This document shows positions 1 to 13,624 of a stretch of DNA of 64,000 nt, one piece after another. The stretch lies in assembly GCF_009914755.1 (NCBI RefSeq), contig NC_060942.1; one strand, given 5' to 3'. How positions within the stretch are numbered: position 1 is the stretch's first letter; each line of letters opens with the position of its first letter. The notes below the pieces were generated by a model. That model searched no databases. It worked only from the letters and a program-made list of their open reading frames with translations, and was not told the origin of the DNA. A program made the translations under genes and the position numbers. This stretch comes from the human T2T-CHM13v2.0 reference genome, Homo sapiens.

Positions 1-222
1 CCTTATTGCACAGTAGGGTGATTATAGTTAACAATAATGTATTAAATGTTTCAAAACAGCTAGAAGAAAGGATTTTGAGTGTTTTCACTAAAAAAAGGTA
101 AATGTTGAGGTGATGGATATGCTAATTATACTGATTTGATCATTACATGCATATATTGAAACATCACATTGTACCCATAAATATGTAGAATTTTTATGTG
201 TCAGTTAAAATTTTTAATTAAA
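1..222 (+). mobile_element. Old LINE-1 (L1MA-type) 3' UTR end, cut by the window edge
   Basis: gaggtgatggatatgctaatta...gatttgatcattaca...acatcacattgtacccataaatatgta matches the L1MA-type 3' terminus. Confidence 0.8.
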
Positions 223-707
223 TCTTTTTCAGAGAAAAAAGTAATAGAAAAAAAACCACCTGTGTTTTCATATGGCAGTGTGAATAAATTAATTATGCTA
301 TATGCATATGAAATGTATATATGCATATAGCAGAATTATGTAACTGTGCAATTTATGAAATCAAAGACATTGGATACTGATTTTTTCTGTATCACTATAT
401 CATCAGCATATTCTGTCTTGTAGTTACATATGGGCATCAAAATAGCATTTTAATAGCTTTATTATACTCAATAACATAATTATATTTTGATTTGCTAATT
501 AACTGTCCTATACCCTAGGTTATATTTATGTTTTGTCATAATAACGTTGTTACAAACATCCTAGTGTATAAATATTTTTCTAGTTTTTGATCTTTTTATT
601 AGGAATAGCGTCCTATGAAGAAGGTAAGGATGACTCCTTGATAAGAGTATAAACAACTTAAATGGCTACTGAAATATGTCACCAAATTGTTTCCTAGAAA
701 ATGTTAA

Positions 708-802
708 GGATGAGCATGGTGGCCCACGCCTGTAATCCCAACATTTTGGGAGGCCTAGGTGAGAGAACTGCTTGAGTCCACAAGTTCAAGGCTAGACAGT
801 GA
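708..802 (+). mobile_element. Monomeric Alu-like fragment (FLAM/AluJ left arm)
   Basis: ggtggcccacgcctgtaatcccaacattttgggaggc...tgcttgagtcc...agttcaaggct. Confidence 0.8.
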
Positions 803-1231
803 TTGACATTTTACACCCCAATGATAAAATATTACCAATATAATCTCCCAAATTAAAAATTATAAATGTCTTATTTTTCTACAGCTGGCACATAATAAGC
901 TCTCTTGAATATTGGTTAAATCATTTTAAGAAGCAAGCAATCTCATCACTACTTTAGTTTGCATGACTTTATTATCAGCAAATTTACATATTTTTATTCT
1001 TTATTGGCAATTATCTTTTTTCTTTTTCTTATGAACTCTGAAATTGTATTATTCTCTCTCATGTATTCAGCTGAGTCTCTTCCTTCTCAAGCTCATTTCC
1101 ATTTATGAATCAGGTAAAACTTCTTGTCATCTCTTTTCTACAAGTTCAAAATCCTCTTGGACTGATTATGAATTTTCACATTATATTATTTTTCCTACAT
1201 TATATTTTGGTTTCACTAGACAATTGGGCAA

Positions 1232-1360
1232 TGTGCTGACTTTGGATTCAGAAAATCTTCGCTGAATCTTGGTTCTGGTGCTTTCCGGCTGTGTGACTGG
1301 GCAAAACACACATTGTCTTCATGGCTTGGTTGACCCACCTATAACATAGATAGTGGCAAT
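1232..1360 (+). mobile_element. MIR fragment
   Basis: actttggattcagaaaatct...ctgtgtgactgggcaa...acctataacatagata resembles the MIR core. Confidence 0.55.
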
Positions 1361-3119
1361 GGTCCAAATTTGTGTGTTATACATTCAGAAAATATCTATT
1401 GAGTGTATACTGCAGGTGAGGCTGTATTCCCAGTAACAGAGATAAATGGTCATTCACCTAACACAGAGCATGTATATAAAAAGCTTTGCATGTTGTAGGT
1501 ACACAGATGATGCTTAGTAATTGCCAGATGTACAGGACAAAATAGAGTTATTCATAGAATCTTTTAGAAACCATATGTTTTACACATCACACACACTTAT
1601 ACACCATCGTAGCACTTCTGACCACATTAACAAGATGTGTCATCTTCTTGTTTTTATAGTGACACAGATATGCTCTGCCGAAGCTCCAAACACTCTCTTA
1701 CTGTAAGACTCCCCAATGTGTGAGTCATTTGGCTTCTGAGTCCACTTTCAGGGAAGGAGAATAATTAACGGATCCAGAGAAAGATCCAACCTCTGACCTT
1801 GACTTTATTAACTTTGTGTGCTGACTAATCATGCTGATTAAGAACAGAAATTCAACCCATTCAGCTGATGTGTCCCTGGAATGTCTCTTTCCAGGCACCC
1901 TGATATCTATTTCCTAGAATCTCCCAGCCCCTGAGGAGAATAATTTGGAAATCCCAGTCAAGCTTAATGCATTTCTATTTAGGGATCTAATGCCTGGAAA
2001 AAAAATGATATCTTTATCATTTATTTAATACATAAGTGGTTCTTTTTCTTGTCTGGTCCGTCAAAGCTTGGCAAAGTAAAGGTCATCCATTAATCACTTT
2101 GCCCTTCAGTGAAGTGCAGCCATCCAGTCTGTGAGGGTTGCAGTTTGATCAGCCAGGCATGCGGCCTGACTCAGTAAAAACTTGGAACTGAAGTCCTGTT
2201 AAGGGCATTGTAATTGATCTTTGTTGCAGCTACAGATGTTGGCACAGAAGCAAAAAGAGACCACTTTTTCCTTAGATGCAGGGATCTAATTAAAGTAGGA
2301 ATAGCCTTGAAGGGGGACATATAGGTTGATGATGGAAGTGACAAATCCCAGGATGAGACCCCTTTGGGGCTTCTCATTTAGTGCTGACATACCTGAGGTT
2401 CTAACAAATGGATCCTGTCTTACCTCAGTCTTAGTATATCTAAAAAAGAACTTCCTCAAACCTAAATTTTCTTGCTTCTACTTCCCATCAACTACAGTAT
2501 TCTCCAGGCTACATACTGTGAAGGCTGGGTGGTCTCTGATGTACATTTCTCTTTGATATTCAGTAGTCAGCACATACCCAATCACAACACCGCTGCTTTC
2601 TTTGCACCCTCCTGTTGGTGTCTCCAGCACAAGTACTTACTCAATTTTTGTTAAGATTACTTCTAACAGCCTTGCTAACTGGTCCTTCAGGCCACAATCA
2701 TTCCACATATGCTTCCTTTTATAAATAAATATCCTCAAATATCCTTGCCCTTCTACCATACTTTCACTTGAGAAATAAGACAGTATTTCTAACATTTATA
2801 GCATTATTGTTATTTGGCTCCCAAGGGCAAACGAAGTGTGGCACCAACTCTCCTATGTCTTATCTCCAACTATTCCTCAATATTTTCCTTTTCCTACAAT
2901 CAGCTGTGTCCCCCCTCTCCCAGCCCCTCGCCAATTAGTATTTGAATATGCTCTTCCCACCGGCAGTTCAAATTCCTGTTTCCACATTAATTCAAAAGAC
3001 ACATATTTAATTGACTCTTTCAGGCCATGTTAGGCATGTGAGATATATCATTTATCCCTCACCTTGTTGTGGGAGGGTCACAGGTGTTATATTTTGAGCG
3101 CTAATGATGTGATAAATGC

Positions 3120-3530
3120 ATGTACACAGCCCAAATCCCAACCCACAAGGCTTCAGGGCTCATTTCCCCAGCTGCTGGGATTAGTGACAGCTGAGAGTTC
3201 TCAAGGCCTTGTCTTTCTCCAGGACAGCCCTGGTTGAGGAGAACAAGCTCATCCAAGGTCATGGGGGGAAGCCTACATCCAATGACTAGTTGACATGGGT
3301 ATAAAATTTAGCCTCCTTTTCTCTCTTCATGACAACTCCGAGTGGCTACCTCAGCTTAAGAACATTATCCCAACTGCTCCTTTATTGTGACTTACAATTC
3401 ATCTGTTTCCTCTGCCCAATCTAGCTTACTTCTTTCCCCATAGGTGTTGATTTTGGTGGCACTCCCTAATATAAACTCCATATGTGCAAATATGTCTCTG
3501 AATCTGTGTCTTGGGAACCCATTCTGCAGC
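3120..3530 (+). mobile_element. ERVL solo LTR, LTR16-like
   Basis: ccccagctgctggga...acagctgagag...catccaaggtcatg...gcctacatccaatgact...ggtataaa...caggtgttgat-like motifs of LTR16. Confidence 0.6.
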
Positions 3531-4010
3531 ATCTACTTTGACATAATTTCTACTTATTTTTGCAGTTTAAATAGATTGTAGTAGTCTTGAAATAAGAAAA
3601 TCATAAAGGTAGTCAGGCTTTGGTAGTCAGGGGTGGGAGGATAATAATAAATACTGCATACACATATTTAATAAATTCATAATATCTGTCATTTGTGATA
3701 CATAGGGTATAATAAGCCCATCTCAATTAACTTACATTTCACTGGATATTGACAATTACAACTACTGTGTCTCTTAATTCCCTACAGTTCATATACATAA
3801 AGGCATGGCATACAGAATTTCTAGGTGCCCAATACTATATTGAAACATTTTTTTCCTTATTTTAAATAAAATAAATGTTTCAAAGATTTTGAAATAAGTT
3901 CAAATTTACAAAAGTTACAAAAACAGTATAAGGATTTCCCACATAATATTTACTCAGATTCTCTTAATGTTAAAATTTTCCATGCCCTCTCTTGCTTTAT
4001 TATTTCTTTT

Positions 4011-4034
4011 CTCTCTCTCTCTCTCTCTCTCTCT
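4011..4034. repeat. (CT)12 microsatellite
   Basis: Read directly. Confidence 0.95.
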
Positions 4035-5412
4035 ATACATACACATAAATAGATAATAGGCTGAGAGGCAGGAGAAAGAGAGAGAAAAGAGAGAGATGTT
4101 AGTTTTTTTCCTAAATAATTTTAGAAGATATTGTATATAATTTTTTTATCCCTAATCCATTCTGTGTACATTTTCAAAAAGCAATTATAATCTATAGCTA
4201 ACCATGGCAAAATTATGAAAATCAAAAAATTAACATTGATAAAGTATGACCTAATCTATAAAATTTATGTACGTTTTTGTCAATTGTCCCATTAATGTCT
4301 TTTACATGGCAACTAAACTAATAAAAATATTTCTGGTCCAGAACCCATTCCAGAAACACATATTACATTTAATTGTCATGACTAAATATCCTTTAATTTG
4401 GAGCAGCTCTTTAGACTTCCTTTGTCTTTCTTGACCTTGGCATCTTTGAAGAGTATGATTTTGTATTTCTTCTTCCAGAGTTTCCCTGAATTTGGGCTTG
4501 TTCGATGTTTTCTCATGATGAGTTCAACTTATAATATTTGGCAGGAATCTCATAGCAGTAATGTTATGCCCTTCTCAGTTTATCAAATCAAAAAGACACA
4601 AGAAATCTATTTGCTTCATTACTAGTGATGTTAATTTTGATTTCTCGGTTAAGGTGGTGTCTGCCTGGTTTCTTTACTGAAAAGTAACTATTTTTCTCTT
4701 TTTGGACAAGCAGTTAATTTGGAGTCCCTTACCAGAAACGATTTCTTACTGTGGAGGCTGCCAAATGGTAATGTTCTAACTCAATTATTTCTTTTACATG
4801 AATTGTTTGATTATTGTGTTGTAGGAAAGAATTTTACCTTTTTCCCCATTAATTTTTTTATTCACTTATTTATATCAGCATAGGCTCATGAATTCTTATT
4901 TTATTCTTTGGGTTATATTTATTTTAATATTACTATTAATTTTGATGGTTGCATTACCTCATATTTCACAAGTGGAAGTCCCACCAAGCTCCAAGGGGGC
5001 TCCAGAGTCCCTCTGACATGCCCCATCTTTTAAAAATATTTGTTTACTTTTAGTATTTCTTTTTTTCCTGAGACTGCAAGATATTTTAAGTATTTCTCCT
5101 ACTCCAGCTCTGAAATCAGCCATTTTTAAAAGGAGTTCTGGCTCCTTTTAGTGGATAATGGTATTTAGAAATCAAGATCTGGCTATCAGATGTTATTGGT
5201 ATCCCATTGTTTCTTGTCTGTTTCAGCAGGCAGAGCTAGTATGTATTGACAGAACATATGTATTGTTTACATATACACAAGCCACACACATACATATCTA
5301 TTTCTAATCTTATCTACTTATATATTAAAGCTATGAATTTATACTAATATCTGAATTATAACTCAGGACCATAGTGCTCATTCTAGTCTTCCCCTTTCCG
5401 TATTTTAACTTC

Positions 5413-5662
5413 CACATTAGTTGGCTTGGGATGCCATAACAAAATACCATGGACTGGTGGCTTAAACAACTGAAATTTGCTTTTCACAGTTCTGGAGGCT
5501 GAGAAGTCCAAGATCAAGGTGCTGGCTACTTTGGTTTCTGCTGAGTGTTCTCTCCCTGGCTTGAAATGGCAGCCTATGGCAGGAAAAGAGAAAGAAAGAT
5601 TTTTCTCTCTTCCTCTATGGCCACCATTCTTATTGGATTAGGAACCCAGACTTATGACCTCA
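5413..5662 (-). mobile_element. MaLR LTR fragment (MLT1A/B/C-like)
   Basis: gccataacaaaataccatggactggtggcttaaacaac...cacagttctggaggctgagaagtccaagatcaaggtg. Confidence 0.85.
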
Positions 5663-7966
5663 AAGAGGACTCACTTTCCCACTGGAGCCTGTTATCCACA
5701 GTAAATTTACTTATTTGCTCAATCATTGAATACAGATTAAGCAGTTTTAACATTGCCAACAGATACCACTATGACAGCAAAACTACTAACTAGAGTTCAA
5801 TATTTGTTATTTGTTTTTGTCTTTGGACTATGTTTATAATCCAACTAATTTATTCAAGAATTTTTTGAATAAGCTTTTTTCTCTTCTTTGAGTTAGATTC
5901 TTTTGTTTTTATTTTGTTTCCTTCTCAGCACGGTTAAATTTATTTGATTTTGTTTGTATTCCCTTTTGCCCCATCCTTGTTGATTTCTTTTTCTAATTGA
6001 GAATATGAAATATGATGTCATTCTAAAAGTTGAAATTAAACTCAAAGAAATATCACTCCTCTTCTCACCCCTTCTCCTTGTTCCCATTGCTCCAGCCTTG
6101 TTACCCCATACTTTTTGCCCCCACATAACAATCCAATCTTATTTCTTTTTTATTTCTCCTTCTTCTTTTCCTTTTTTTCCTGTAGGATGGGAGATAACAT
6201 AAGTGTTTTTTCTTATTTTCCCATTTTTCTTTTCCAAAAGGTAACATTTTATAGATATATTTTTGCACTTTGTTTTTTGTCCATTTAACCATGTGTCCTG
6301 GAAATCACATGATATGGTTCACAGATATAGTCTTCATTCTGGTTTTTGCACAATGGTACTTTACTGGGCAGACATTCCACTGTTTTTCAACAACTTATCT
6401 CTATCCTGGCATTTAGACTATTTCCATTATTTTCCAATTATATCAATGCTGAAATCCATTGTTTGAAATGTATGCTTTACAGTTACATCCCTGATCCATT
6501 GGAATCCATTCTTATGTTTGGTGTGAAGAACAGGGACCTAACTCTATCTTTTTTTTCAAATGTTTAAGCAGTTATTTTATCACCATTTATTTAAAAACAA
6601 GAACACAAAATTCTCTTTATTCCAGTTATTTGAAATTCCCTCTTCATCATAAAGTTCTCATTATATTTCTATTATATTTCACTGGTATGTTTATCAGTCA
6701 GTCCTGGTATCACAGCTTTAGTTATAGAAACTTTACAGTCTGTTTTAATTTCTGGAATGGCTATGACCCATTGCATTTTTTTTCCGTCATTTGTCTGGAT
6801 ATTCTGGTATGCTTCCATATAAACTTGAGTACCAAATTCTATGACTCCATAAGAAAGATTATTGGTATTTTTATTAAAGTTGCATTGCATTCGTAAGTTA
6901 TTTCAGGGATAACTGAACATATATAATGTTGCGTTATTCTGTTTAGGAGCAAGAGCTGTCTTTCCATTAATTCAAGCATACTTTCGAAAATGTGTTATGG
7001 TTCGTATTACGTATGTGTTGTACATTTTTTCTTAAGTTTATTTGGAAGAATTTTATCCTGTTTTTGTCATTTAATGATGTTTTCTCTATGATTATATCCC
7101 CTAAGTGGTTTTTGATTATATGACAGCTGTTAATTTCTGCATGTTAAATTTTATGTTCTACTAATCTGCTGAATTATTTTATCATTTGAGCTATTTTTAT
7201 TATTGATTAGGAACTCTAGCTATACTATTATGTTAAGTGCAAAAGAACATAATTTGACTTAAGTCTTTCTTTGTCATATTTAATGCTTTTTGGTTAGAAT
7301 TTTCTTATGATGTAAGAGGATCCCCACTCTTCATATCTTATTATTTCCATCTTCTTATACCTTTCTTATTCCCTTTAGTTTTAATCATTCTATATCATTT
7401 AGTTTGGGTGTGCCCCTTGTATATATTGTATAATTATGTGTGTATAGTTAAGCAAAGTCCATTTATGATTATAATATGACTGATATGTTTAGTCTCAACT
7501 ACATAATATTTTATGTTGCAATTTCAATTTGTATTATATGAAATTTGCTCTATTTATGTCATGTGTCTTCTTTCCTCTTTTTAAAAAATGTGTTTATATT
7601 TTGGAAGGTCTGTAGTTTTGTTCTTGCAGTCACGTTTTCTGTTATATTTAAATTATATTTTTATTATTTTAAATTTCCTTAGTCCACTATTTCCTTACTT
7701 AAGCTTTTATTGTCCAGTATCAGCTGTTCTTGGTGTCTTTAAGTTTTACCAAGGACTTTACACCAATCAGTAAGTTTATTCTTATTTTCTCTTTTCTACC
7801 TTTTGTCTTTCCTTTTCTATAACACATAATATAGAACATATTTTTCCACCCTTATTCCCACTATTGTTTTAGACTTTCATCTACAGTTTTATGCATATTC
7901 ACTGTTAACCATTTTTCTAAATTTTCCCTGACTACCTTTTGGTTGAATGAAGTGCTTCCTCTAGTC

Positions 7967-8153
7967 CAGAAGCAGGTTTTTTTTTTTTTTTTTTCTACAA
8001 AGAGACAGATAGTAAATATTCTAGGCTTTGCAAGTCATATGTTGTAGCTATGGTGAAGCAAAAGCAGCCATAGGCAATACATAAACTCAGTAGAAGTGTG
8101 TTTCAATAAAACTTTGATTACAAAACCATACCGACATAGTTTACTAACTGTTG
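7967..8153. mobile_element. MER58A-like hAT-Charlie MITE
   Basis: cagatagtaaatattctaggctttgc...aaagcagccatag...tcaataaaacttt; flanked by 8-bp hAT-type TSD ctctagtc (7959-7966) and ctctagta (8154-8161). Confidence 0.8.
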
Positions 8154-9424
8154 CTCTAGTAGTTGCTTGAGAATGAACCAAGGACACAAAATCATCTGAG
8201 CTCTTGCATGTTTGAAAGCTATTTTTCTATAGTCTTGAGAGTTAAATGCAGTTTGGCTAGATACAATGTTACGGTCTGATACTTGTTTTCCTGAAGTTTT
8301 TTGAAATTGCTGCTGAAGGGTGGCCATTCCCAGACGGTATTCTCTGATCACCTGAATACGTTTATCTCCCTCCCGGGTAGTATACTCTGGTCTACCAGGA
8401 CATTGTGGTGACATTTCACATAGATGGTGGACTTCATGTTTCTGGCTGTGATTTCAGGCCACTCTTACTTAGTCTTGCCAATAGTTTTCCTCTTCTGTCC
8501 TGTCTGCAGTCTTTCTCAGATTGTGTTTGTACTCTGCAAAGGCTTGTGGCAGGAACACAAGCAAGAGCCTGCTGAATTTGATGAGTGTTTTGTTTTTATT
8601 TTTTAAGGTAATCTGAAGTTTGGCTCTTCACTAGTCTTCTAGTTATTCATTTCTCTAGAGAGTCCTTAGAGACCTTTGTAGCACATACACCATGTTTTAT
8701 AATTACTAAAATATTGCATTGAATTACCTCATTTTATGGTATTGTAGTGTATGTCTTTATACTTATTCCTCATTTTTCAAGGATAAAAATCGTAAAAAAA
8801 AAAAAAAAAAGTTAAGAATACATTCTGAATTCTCTTTCCAGAGGCTTCCCCCTTGTCTTGGGATTATGGATGAGTGAGGAAAGTTTTCCAAGATTCAAAA
8901 TAGGATGTGACTTTGTGGTTCTGTAACTAGTGGAAACAGTATCACTTCAATGTAGGAGATGTCTAAGGGGAATGGCAGAATAGAGCATGAGGGAGGCAGT
9001 CCTGAAGATGCCAGGACTCCATCTGAGTGTTCCTGCGCCCAAGTGCAGCACGGATGGCAATGGCATAAAAGAAGCAGATACACAGGACTTCAAAGGCTCA
9101 CCTAGACTGACTATGAGTGATAGCAGTTATATAAAATCAAGATGAGTTGGCCCTCTTTAAATACAAATAGTTCTATGCTTTAAAAAGACCTCAACCCTTA
9201 CCCAATTTAGAAATAGGGAGGTATAGAAAGTGCTAATAGTGAATGAAAATGAATTCCTTCAACCAGGAAGCAGAAAGCAATAAATAAGATTTAAGTTTTA
9301 AAAATATTAAACTTAAGAAATTTTATTAACAATAAATATCATGCAAGCAAAGTCAAATTTCGGGGTTTGGAACAACTGCTTTACAAATGGGAAGATGGTA
9401 TATCCTGAGTGGCCAGGAATAGTA

Positions 9425-9863
9425 CACTTGACCTTTGAACAGCATAGTTTGAACTTCAGAGGTACACTTACATGTACACTTATATGCAGATATTTTGCCT
9501 TTGCCAACCCAGAGACAGCAAAGCAACCCCTCCCCTTCCTCCTCTTCCTTAGCCTTCTCAATGTGAAGACAATAAGGATGAAGACCTGTATGATGATCCA
9601 CTTCCATTTAATAAATAGTAAATATATTTCTCTTCCTTAAGCTTTTCTTATAACATTTTCTTTTTTTAGCTTAATTTATTGTAAGAATACAATAAATACA
9701 TATAACATGAAATAGATGTTAAATGTTTATGTTATGGGTAAGGCTTCTGTTAAACAGTAGGATATTAGCAGTTAAGTTTTGAGAGAGTTAAAATTTATAT
9801 GCAGATATTTCCACTGCATGGAGGTTGGTGCACCTAACCCCCATATTGTTCAAAGATAAACTG
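9425..9863. mobile_element. Tigger2a (MER28)-like TcMar MITE
   Basis: Terminal inverted repeats cacttgacctttgaacagcat / atattgttcaaagataaactg, TA on both sides (9423-9424, 9864-9865), 439 bp. Confidence 0.85.
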
Positions 9864-10840
9864 TACTGGTTTTTACTTGCTGTTCCAGAGTAATTTTTGG
9901 AAGCATTCTTTTTTATTTTCATATTTCCACTATTTGGAAGATCAGGTATACGGTCACCTTATTCATAATTGAATGTTGCCATAAGATTTCAGTGTCCAAG
10001 TCTCTGGTTTTTGCAAATATGCCTATATGATAGACCATTTGATAGTATGCTATACTCTACAAATGAAGCTTCCCCAATGCTTTAAAAGAAAACAACAAAG
10101 AGTTGGAACATTGAGTCATCTCAGTGTGTGCAGTGGTAGCAAAATGCTCCATACAATAGAACCTGTGCCATCATATTAAATACCCCGTTCACATTGGGAG
10201 AAACAATCTAGTTGCAGCACAAGATTATCTGTCACATTAAATTATGTGGCTAATTTGTATTCTATTAGTTTTTTTAGAGCTTCTTAGTACTTTATTTGTA
10301 AATTTATTTTGGTTTTATAGTTGCATAGAAGTTATATGCATAAAAAGTTTTATGCTTGTAGCTAATTAAGTAAAATTATAATAAAATGAGTCAACAGGAG
10401 TGTATGTCTCTGGCTGAACATGTCTTTTAAAAGGTTATATATTATTCATTTAAAAAATTGAATTGAAATCTATATAACACAAAATTAACCATTTCAAAAT
10501 GTACAATTTAATGGTGTATAGGATAGTCACAACATTGTGCAACCATCACCACTATCCGGTTTCAAAACCTTTTCATCTCCCTGAAGGAAATGTCTTACCC
10601 ATTGATCAGTTAGTCCTCATTCTTCTCTCCCCTTAGTTGCTGGCAACCATTAATCTGCTTTCTGTCTCTATGAATTTACTTATTCTGGATACATTATATA
10701 AATGAACTTATACAATACATGGTCTTTTGTGTCTGGCTTCTTTCAATTAGCATAATGTTTCTGAGGCTCATCCACATTGTAGCACATATCAGCACTCCCT
10801 TCCTTTTCATTGATGAATAATATTCTATTTTAAGGCTATA

Positions 10841-12219
10841 CAGGCTGAACACTCCTTATCCAGAAATTCAAAATCCAAAATGCTCCAAAATCTGAAACTC
10901 TTTGAGTGCTGACAGGACAATGAAGATGACATTGTTAACGTTACAGACAAAGTGCCTATAGAAGACATGGTGAAAATGTGTGACAGGCTTATTGAAGGAC
11001 TAGATAAGCATGCATTCATAACAGAAAAAGGAATTATGTCAGTTTATAAAATCAAAGACAGGCTTCTAAGACAAAAATGATTGTTAACAAGGCAGATGAC
11101 TCTGGAAGAAACATTTTAAAATGTCGTCCAGCGGAATGTCTCCGTATCCCTAGAAGACCCACTTCCTGGGCCCCCAGCTTCTTCTGATATATCTTCTCAC
11201 CTAAATCAAATATAGTATAGAGGAAACGTTTAATCAAAATGCATTATAGGTGGAGACTGAAAGTCTGCCCTTGTTGGTTGTTGCTATTGTTTAATAGCTG
11301 ATACAGGTGTTCTACTGGTACTACTTTGCTGCTTGGTTATCCTGAACACATTAATTTTTCACAGTATTAATGGTTTGACCTTTTTTTACTATTAGCTACT
11401 TATGGGTGAATGAGTAAAAGATAATCATTGCTTATTGGGAGCAAATAAATGAGTCAGAAATGATAGTGATGCCAAACAACTACAGATTGTCCTCATGGGG
11501 GTCTGCTTTCTAATGGTGCAATGCACACAAATTCTCTTCAATGCAAAGAATTATTAAAAAATATGTAAGGCAGGCAAGTCCCCAAATTTGGGCTTAGCCC
11601 AGGAGGGTTTTTGACTTCACCCAGGAAAGAGTTCATGGAAAAGCCGGTGGTGTGATTTTTATTAAAATGACAGTGAATAGCAGCAGCAGAGATACTGTTC
11701 CTTGCAGAGCAGGGCTAACCCATAGGCAGTGTGTCCACAGTAGCAGCTTAGAGATAGTTCGTAGTCATATTTTATATTTAATTTTAATTATATGCAAACT
11801 AAGGGGCAGTTTATTTAGAATTTTATTTTTAAGCGGTGGTATTTTTGCATCGTTGTCCTGGAAAGGGGTGGTAATATTTGGGTGTTGCCATGACAATAGT
11901 AAACTCACATGGCATTGGTGGGCATGCCTTATGGAGAGGTGCTTTGGAGCTACCCTGTTTTAACTAGTCTTTAATCTTGTCTGTAGTTGAAATCTCCACT
12001 GGAGTTGAGTCCTGCCTCCCACCTCAAAAATGTACAAAACTTTCTTCAGGGTATGTGTAAAAGACATATAGGAAACAAAAAAATTTCATGTTTAAACTTG
12101 AGTCTCATCCCCAAGATATCTCATTATGTACGTGCAAATATTCCAAATTTCAAAAAAAAAAATCTGAAGTTGAAAATACTTCTTCTCCCAAGCATTTTGA
12201 ATAAGGAATACTCAACGGA
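10841..12219. mobile_element. Tigger4 (Zombi)-family DNA transposon, internally deleted, carrying an LTR insertion
   Basis: TIRs caggctgaacactccttatcc / gaataaggaatactcaac; TA at 10839-10840 and 12220-12221; aaaatccaaaatgctccaaaatctgaaac motif. Confidence 0.8.
11561..12026 (-). mobile_element. ERV1 solo LTR, MER66-like
   Basis: Minus strand begins tgaggtgggaggcaggactcaactcc; ccatgacaa/gttgcc and tttgcatataattaa motifs; aaaa on both flanks, consistent with a 4-bp TSD. Confidence 0.7.
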
Positions 12220-13624
12220 TATCCCATATTGTTTGTTCATGTACCCATTTATGAACATTTTGGTTGTTTCAAATTTTTTGGTTATATTCTAATCAGTTCT
12301 GCTATGAACATTCATGTGAAAATATTTGATTTACTCTTTTTGTAAAAGAAAGTCTACGTTATAATTTGACACAGATTGAAATGTTTGAGAACTATCATAT
12401 TTGTCATTAATGTGAATGATTAATTTTGTTCTTAGCATGAAAGTAAAATATAATGCTCAGATTCATCTATTAATCTATTCATCTTCTCTTAGAAAGAGAC
12501 AATTCATCTTAGAAAGAGACAATATTTTGCACTTATGAATCTTAGGTTGCTATGGAAAAAATAGAATACTTTAAACACTCTGACCATGGGACCTTTCTTT
12601 CATGTTTAATATATATCCTTTTCTCCCTTTAGTCAATTTTCTAAAGCTTGTTAAGCTTGTTTGGAACTTTTGAAATATCGTCTGCTGGTGAAGGATACAG
12701 ACAATGTTCAAATTAAAGACGGTGCTCCTTTCTTTTCCATGGAAAACAGAGTATATGTCAAGGAAATAGAGCATATTTTTTCTGACTTTTGTCTACTTGA
12801 CCCATCAAGACATTTTCTGAGACCTCTTTGATGTTCAAAAAGTTTTAAAAGATTACATACTCTAGAAGGCCTTTTTCCTACTTCAGAGAAGCATTGAAGT
12901 TTTAATTTGGTTGAGAACAGCATCACCTTTACCTTCTTCTATTGGGATTCCCTCTGACTACATAGGCTTGTATGAAAATTTCAGTGCTAAGGACCAATAA
13001 TTCTCTATGAATTTTGACATTGTGGTGCATCCTTCAGCTTCAACTACATCAACTATGTAAAGAATTAAGGCAATCAATAAACACAGAGCAAAATTGGTAT
13101 TTAAACAAGTGGAAAAAAAAAATGTTAAGATTTCCGGCCTCAGTGGCTCTGTCTGGTAATCAGCCATTATAAATAATGTAACAGTTGTTCAATCTCCCTG
13201 GCTCATGTTGACACAAGATTAGAGCTATCAAAAGCACACTATGATTAATAAAACTGTGAAAGCACTATAAAAACACAGCTCCCTGTAGTCAAGTAGAGAT
13301 GAGGGAGTCAATATATTTTCCCTTATTTCTTCTTTTTTGGTTGTCCCAGGAGGAACTTTAAGAAAATAATTTGCATGTAGCAAGTGTTTAATAAATACAT
13401 TTCTAACTGAAATGTTTTTACTATATTCCATCTCTATTCATGTGTAATTTAAATTTCACGATATAAACTAGAATACAAATACTGAGAGTATATGAAGAAA
13501 AAAAATCTTTGAGTAGAATGAAGATTTTGAAAATCTCCCCACCCTTACCCATTTGAAATGTTCTACTCTTACTATATCTATTGAAAGAAGAGGGTGGAAG
13601 AGAATCAACTTGGTAGTTATTCAT

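Larger units (their letters stand above)
3870..8300 (-). mobile_element. Fragmented ancient LINE-1 (L1MC/L1ME-type), interrupted by MLT1 and MER58A
   Basis: T-rich L1 antisense: aaataagttcaaatttacaaaagttac (3' end), ccagctctgaaatcagccatttt, ttccatataaacttgag...ggtatttttattaaagttgcattg (ORF2 remnants). Boundaries approximate. Confidence 0.6.
10450..12330 (-). mobile_element. L1MB-type 3' UTR split by a Tigger4 insertion (pieces about 10450-10840 and 12220-12330)
   Basis: ttgtgcaaccatcaccactat...ctggcaaccattaatctgctttctgtctctatg...gaataatattctatt, resuming after 12220 with acattttggttgtttc...gctatgaacattcatgtg. Confidence 0.8.

Noticed and set aside
8794-8810. Isolated A17 run as a processed-pseudogene tail
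   Set aside because: No TSD or recognisable mRNA-like sequence upstream
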